From IMG/VR virus record IMGVR_UViG_3300046804_000789, positions 1-49,572 of that record: a stretch of DNA of 49,572 bases; one strand, given 5' to 3'. Position numbers and translations under genes: made by a program. Positions 46,928 to 49,572 of the stretch are shown piece by piece (the stretch's first letter is position 1; the number at the start of each line of letters is the position of its first letter). The stretch is from a virus (Duplodnaviria; Caudoviricetes). Below the pieces are notes generated by a model, which ran no database searches, had not been told where the DNA came from, and was given only the letters and a program-made list of their open reading frames with translations.

Positions 46928-47373
46928 CCCCTATAAAAGATATGGTTATCTATCCTAACAGTTCTTCTCACTCCATGTAACCCATTTGATTGCACGGCTT
47001 GAAAATACAAAGCGCCACCAGTTATGTCTGGAATGTTTGTCATAACTATCATGGCGTTGTTTCTTGCTTCACCCCATTCAGCGGTGTTCACCGGGTGGGT
47101 GCGGCGGTGACATGCCCAGGAGAATTGGCATTGGTTGTTTCTCCTCTGGTACACCACGCCGCATATGTCTGATGGGAACCTGCGATCTCTGGTTCTGTTC
47201 AGAACAACCTGTCCGACAGCGATCTGCCCGGCACGGGATTGACCTCGCGCCTCGTAGTAGATTGCTTGTGTCAGACAGGTGAGGTGCCTGTCCTGCACTG
47301 ACAATGCGGCAAGCTCTTCATGGGCCATCGCTGGCACCGAGATCAAAGCAGCAGCCAGTGCGATGAACCTCAT
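46924..47373 (-). CDS. cell wall hydrolase (SleB/Hydrolase_2) with signal peptide
   Basis: CLTQAIYYEARGQ..GQIAVGQVVLNR..FP..ICGVVYQ..CQFSW..TGGALYF..IDNHIFY; AMA signal cleavage site. Confidence 0.92.
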   Translation of the reverse strand: MRFIALAAALISVPAMAHEELAALSVQDRHLTCLTQAIYYEARGQSRAGQIAVGQVVLNRTRDRRFPSDICGVVYQRRNNQCQFSWACHRRTHPVNTAEWGEARNNAMIVMTNIPDITGGALYFQAVQSNGLHGVRRTVRIDNHIFYRG

Positions 47374-47597
47374 TCGTTTTCTCCCGGCGTGTGAGCGGCA
47401 ATGACGGCATCAGCCATCTCTTTAGATGGCAGACACACTGCTCCGTCATAACCAAAGCAGTTAAACCCACCAGCACCCCTGATCCCCCAAGGGAAGCCCA
47501 TCGCTTCGTTAAGCAGCCATGGCCTATAAGGCGGCGCATCGTGCAGCATGGGGCCATTGTCTTTTATGATTTGCCTTATGGCCGAGACATCAATCAT
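47370..47597 (-). CDS. hypothetical protein
   Basis: ATGA-coupled; ends PGENE. Confidence 0.6.
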   Translation of the reverse strand: MIDVSAIRQIIKDNGPMLHDAPPYRPWLLNEAMGFPWGIRGAGGFNCFGYDGAVCLPSKEMADAVIAAHTPGENE

Positions 47598-47836
47598 TCC
47601 CGTTCCCCCATATCGCGGATAGCTTCTTCGGGAGTGTGGCGCTCGCCTTTTGCCAACGCCAAGAGAACCTGATGAATAGCTACGGTTGCTCCACCAATGG
47701 TGGGTGTGAAGCCCATGCTACACGCCGCTTCCTCATGCCTCTTCCCCGTAACACGGGCTTCCATTGCAGCTTGCTTAAAAGCCTCTGCCCGTATTGCCTT
47801 CATTAAGGATACTAATTCTTCAACGGTGATGTTCAT
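47594..47836 (-). CDS. hypothetical protein
   Basis: ATGA-coupled; ends MGERE. Confidence 0.6.
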   Translation of the reverse strand: MNITVEELVSLMKAIRAEAFKQAAMEARVTGKRHEEAACSMGFTPTIGGATVAIHQVLLALAKGERHTPEEAIRDMGERE

Positions 47837-48027
47837 TCTTTCTCTCCCCCATCTATCAACCTATACTGAGCGGGCCTGCGATAAACATTTCCAAGATCGG
47901 TTCGCTCCCAGCTTTTGTCTCTGTATTCAACCCACTCAAGCCAAACCATAGTCTTGCATACGGTTTCTACCGGAAGCCAAGCAAACACCCTATGCCATTT
48001 GGTCTTGTCTATTACCTTCCACCTCAT
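47833..48027 (-). CDS. hypothetical protein
   Basis: WHRVFAWLPV..VWLEWV; ends GGEKE. Confidence 0.7.
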   Translation of the reverse strand: MRWKVIDKTKWHRVFAWLPVETVCKTMVWLEWVEYRDKSWERTDLGNVYRRPAQYRLIDGGEKE

Positions 48028-48224
48028 TCCTTTTCCCCCAGCAAAACGCGCGTCTCAGGATCAAGCTTGTCCCAATCCCCACGCCAGATATGTTTCGCCA
48101 TGTCTTTCAGCGCCGCCCGCAGCTTTTCGATTTCGTCGGCGGCTTCGTTGCAGAATTGATCAAGTGTTTTTTCGTCGTAATCAAGCGCGTATTTACCGCG
48201 CAGCACTTTCACAATGTCACTCAT
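48024..48224 (-). CDS. hypothetical protein
   Basis: MSDIV..LR..EAADEIEKLRAAL; ends LGEKE. Confidence 0.7.
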   Translation of the reverse strand: MSDIVKVLRGKYALDYDEKTLDQFCNEAADEIEKLRAALKDMAKHIWRGDWDKLDPETRVLLGEKE

Positions 48225-48594
48225 TCTCATCTCTCCCTTCCACTTTATGTCCCTCAGTCCATACTTTGATTATCAACTTCGCCCATTCATCATCAACGCC
48301 ATCAATAAATGTCACGCCTTCGCAATACATTACTGTGTTGACGTAATTAAAGATGGCCGTCTCTAACTGAATGGTATAATCGTTCAGTTCCTGGCTCATA
48401 TTCATCCACCGCTCATACTCTTTCTGAAAGAAGATTCTATTGCGGTCAGCAATCTTCATCTCCTCTTCAGCGGTGGCGAAGTATTTACGGAGCCTTTCGA
48501 TTTCTTTTGCTGCCTCTAATTCAATCTCAGAATGCACACCATGCTCATCGTATGTGTGCGCTACAGAACGAAGCCGTTCCACGATGTCGGTCAT
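48217..48594 (-). CDS. hypothetical coiled-coil protein
   Basis: MTDIVERLR..EAAKEIERLR; ATGA-coupled. Confidence 0.7.
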   Translation of the reverse strand: MTDIVERLRSVAHTYDEHGVHSEIELEAAKEIERLRKYFATAEEEMKIADRNRIFFQKEYERWMNMSQELNDYTIQLETAIFNYVNTVMYCEGVTFIDGVDDEWAKLIIKVWTEGHKVEGRDENE

Positions 48595-48800
48595 TGCTTT
48601 TTCCTTTCGTAGTAATCGGGAGGATCTTTGTTCTCGCCCTCCCATGCGCGGGCTTCCATGGCTTTCTGGCCCCATGCCAATGCCGCTTCTTGTGTTTCCT
48701 CATAGCCAATCGTCATGACTGTGTTGTCAAGCAAGACGGCAGCGATCCATAGGCCGCTTAAATCTGAGGCGCGGCCAGTGACCACTCGAAGTTCACTCAT
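48591..48800 (-). CDS. hypothetical protein
   Basis: ATGA-coupled start MSELRV. Confidence 0.6.
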   Translation of the reverse strand: MSELRVVTGRASDLSGLWIAAVLLDNTVMTIGYEETQEAALAWGQKAMEARAWEGENKDPPDYYERKKQ

Positions 48801-49033
48801 TCCTTTTCTCCCAGCGCCGCGCGGGCAGCAGCCCAAGCGTCATGACACCCTGAGTCATGAAGTGCGTCAGCAGCCTTATCTAAAGCCGCCCGCAGCGCAT
48901 CACGCTCTGCTGCTAAAGATCTTAACATATTTGAAGCATCTACCTCAGTCGCCCTCCAAGTTGACCCGCTGACCCCGGATAATTGGAGGTTATACGCTAT
49001 TTCTTCCGCGCGCTTTGTGCTTGTGTCGCTCAC
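48797..49033 (-). CDS. hypothetical protein
   Basis: GTGA-coupled; AERDALRAAL..ARAALGEKE. Confidence 0.7.
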   Translation of the reverse strand: MSDTSTKRAEEIAYNLQLSGVSGSTWRATEVDASNMLRSLAAERDALRAALDKAADALHDSGCHDAWAAARAALGEKE

Positions 49034-49572
49034 TCCTTTTCTCCCAGCGCCTTCAATCCAATGCGGGTGATTGCTTTCTCAAACATCCCCAGGATGTCCA
49101 GCGTTTCATCACCAAGAGGTGTTCCGGCGCGCCAGTGCTGGCGGGCATCTCCGATTGTCAGCGCCATCTGTCCAGCCTTGACAATAAATTCATCCTTACA
49201 TTCCCACAGAAACAATTCCTCACCATTGCTACGAGTGGCGCGGCGGAGTAACCGGACAACCTTTCTGCCGCCTTCAATCTTTGCGCCTTCGAAACTGGCA
49301 TCAGTAAGATCTGCGCCGTCCAGTTTGGCGCGGGTGAGGATGGCATCATAGAAGCCAACGCCACAAAGATTGGCGCGGATAAGGTCAGCCCCGTATAGGT
49401 TCGCACCGTTAAGGCTGGCGCCATTGAGGTCGGCATTGCTCATCTTGGCGCGATGAAGGTTGGTGGCATTGAGGTTGGCACCGCACAGGTTGGCACCTGT
49501 CAGATCAGCGAAGTCTAGCTTGGCACCATAGAGGTTGGCGCGCCTTCCTCCCTTCTCCTCCAGCCAAAGCTT
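49030..49572 (-). CDS. pentapeptide-repeat protein (5' end beyond the window)
   Basis: Frame is open to the edge: KLWLEEKGGRRANLYGAKLDFADLTGANLCGANLNA..; A(N/D/K)Lxx repeats; ends ALGEKE. Confidence 0.88.
   Translation of the reverse strand, partial: KLWLEEKGGRRANLYGAKLDFADLTGANLCGANLNATNLHRAKMSNADLNGASLNGANLYGADLIRANLCGVGFYDAILTRAKLDGADLTDASFEGAKIEGGRKVVRLLRRATRSNGEELFLWECKDEFIVKAGQMALTIGDARQHWRAGTPLGDETLDILGMFEKAITRIGLKALGEKE

Larger units (their letters stand above)
47370..49051 (-). repeat. dispersed gene-junction repeat (G)GG(A/G)GAAAAGGA+(A/G)TGA
   Basis: GGCGCTGGGAGAAAAGGA is identical at the 49030 and 48797 junctions, near-identical at 48024, and degenerate at 47833, 47594 and 47370. 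Confidence 0.75.
1..49572. mobile_element. Tailed bacteriophage genome segment (podovirus-like Caudoviricetes), incomplete at least at the right end
   Basis: Terminase-portal-scaffold-capsid-adaptor-nozzle-ejection protein order; no tape measure or sheath; phage replication and recombination genes; no host housekeeping genes; last ORF runs off the edge. Confidence 0.95.

Noticed and set aside
1-49572. Stop-codon reassignment, tRNA genes or an integrated prophage
   Set aside because: Core genes are full length in the standard code; no cloverleaf seen in the short intergenic gaps; no integrase, att site or host genes

Overview
Large fragment of a tailed dsDNA phage with a P22/T7-like podovirus layout. 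The host is probably a Gram-negative bacterium, possibly an alphaproteobacterium (inferred). On the + strand, a short regulatory block (XRE HTH, LexA-type DNA-binding domain, alpha-CTD-like protein, candidate sRNA) precedes the morphogenesis operon at 1420-37305: terminase large subunit, portal, GroES, scaffold, major capsid, lysis genes (holins, GH108), a cluster of basic Gly/Lys/Met-rich proteins, adaptors, fibres, nozzle and four putative ejection proteins. The last of these is a 2300-aa polyvalent protein. Three free-standing homing endonucleases (GIY-YIG, EndoVII, HNH) are inserted in the operon. From 37302 to the end lie mostly minus-strand early genes: ERF recombinase, SSB-like protein, PD-(D/E)XK exonuclease, RusA, MazG-like protein, primase-helicase, SleB hydrolase and an array of small coupled ORFs. 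No DNA or RNA polymerase, integrase, terminase small subunit, tRNA or CRISPR array was recognised. The most interesting signals are: (1) a shared peptide-tag system on otherwise unrelated virion-module proteins, a C-terminal RGxGxxxxGKTKG[KR][FM][IV] tag plus [MLFY]xxGG motifs; (2) E-F-[SA]-A-R linkers that cut the giant protein into cassettes, one an ADP-ribosyltransferase-like domain, downstream of an HExxH peptidase; (3) a candidate anti-Shine-Dalgarno sRNA upstream of terL. All family assignments come from motif recognition by eye, not database searches.
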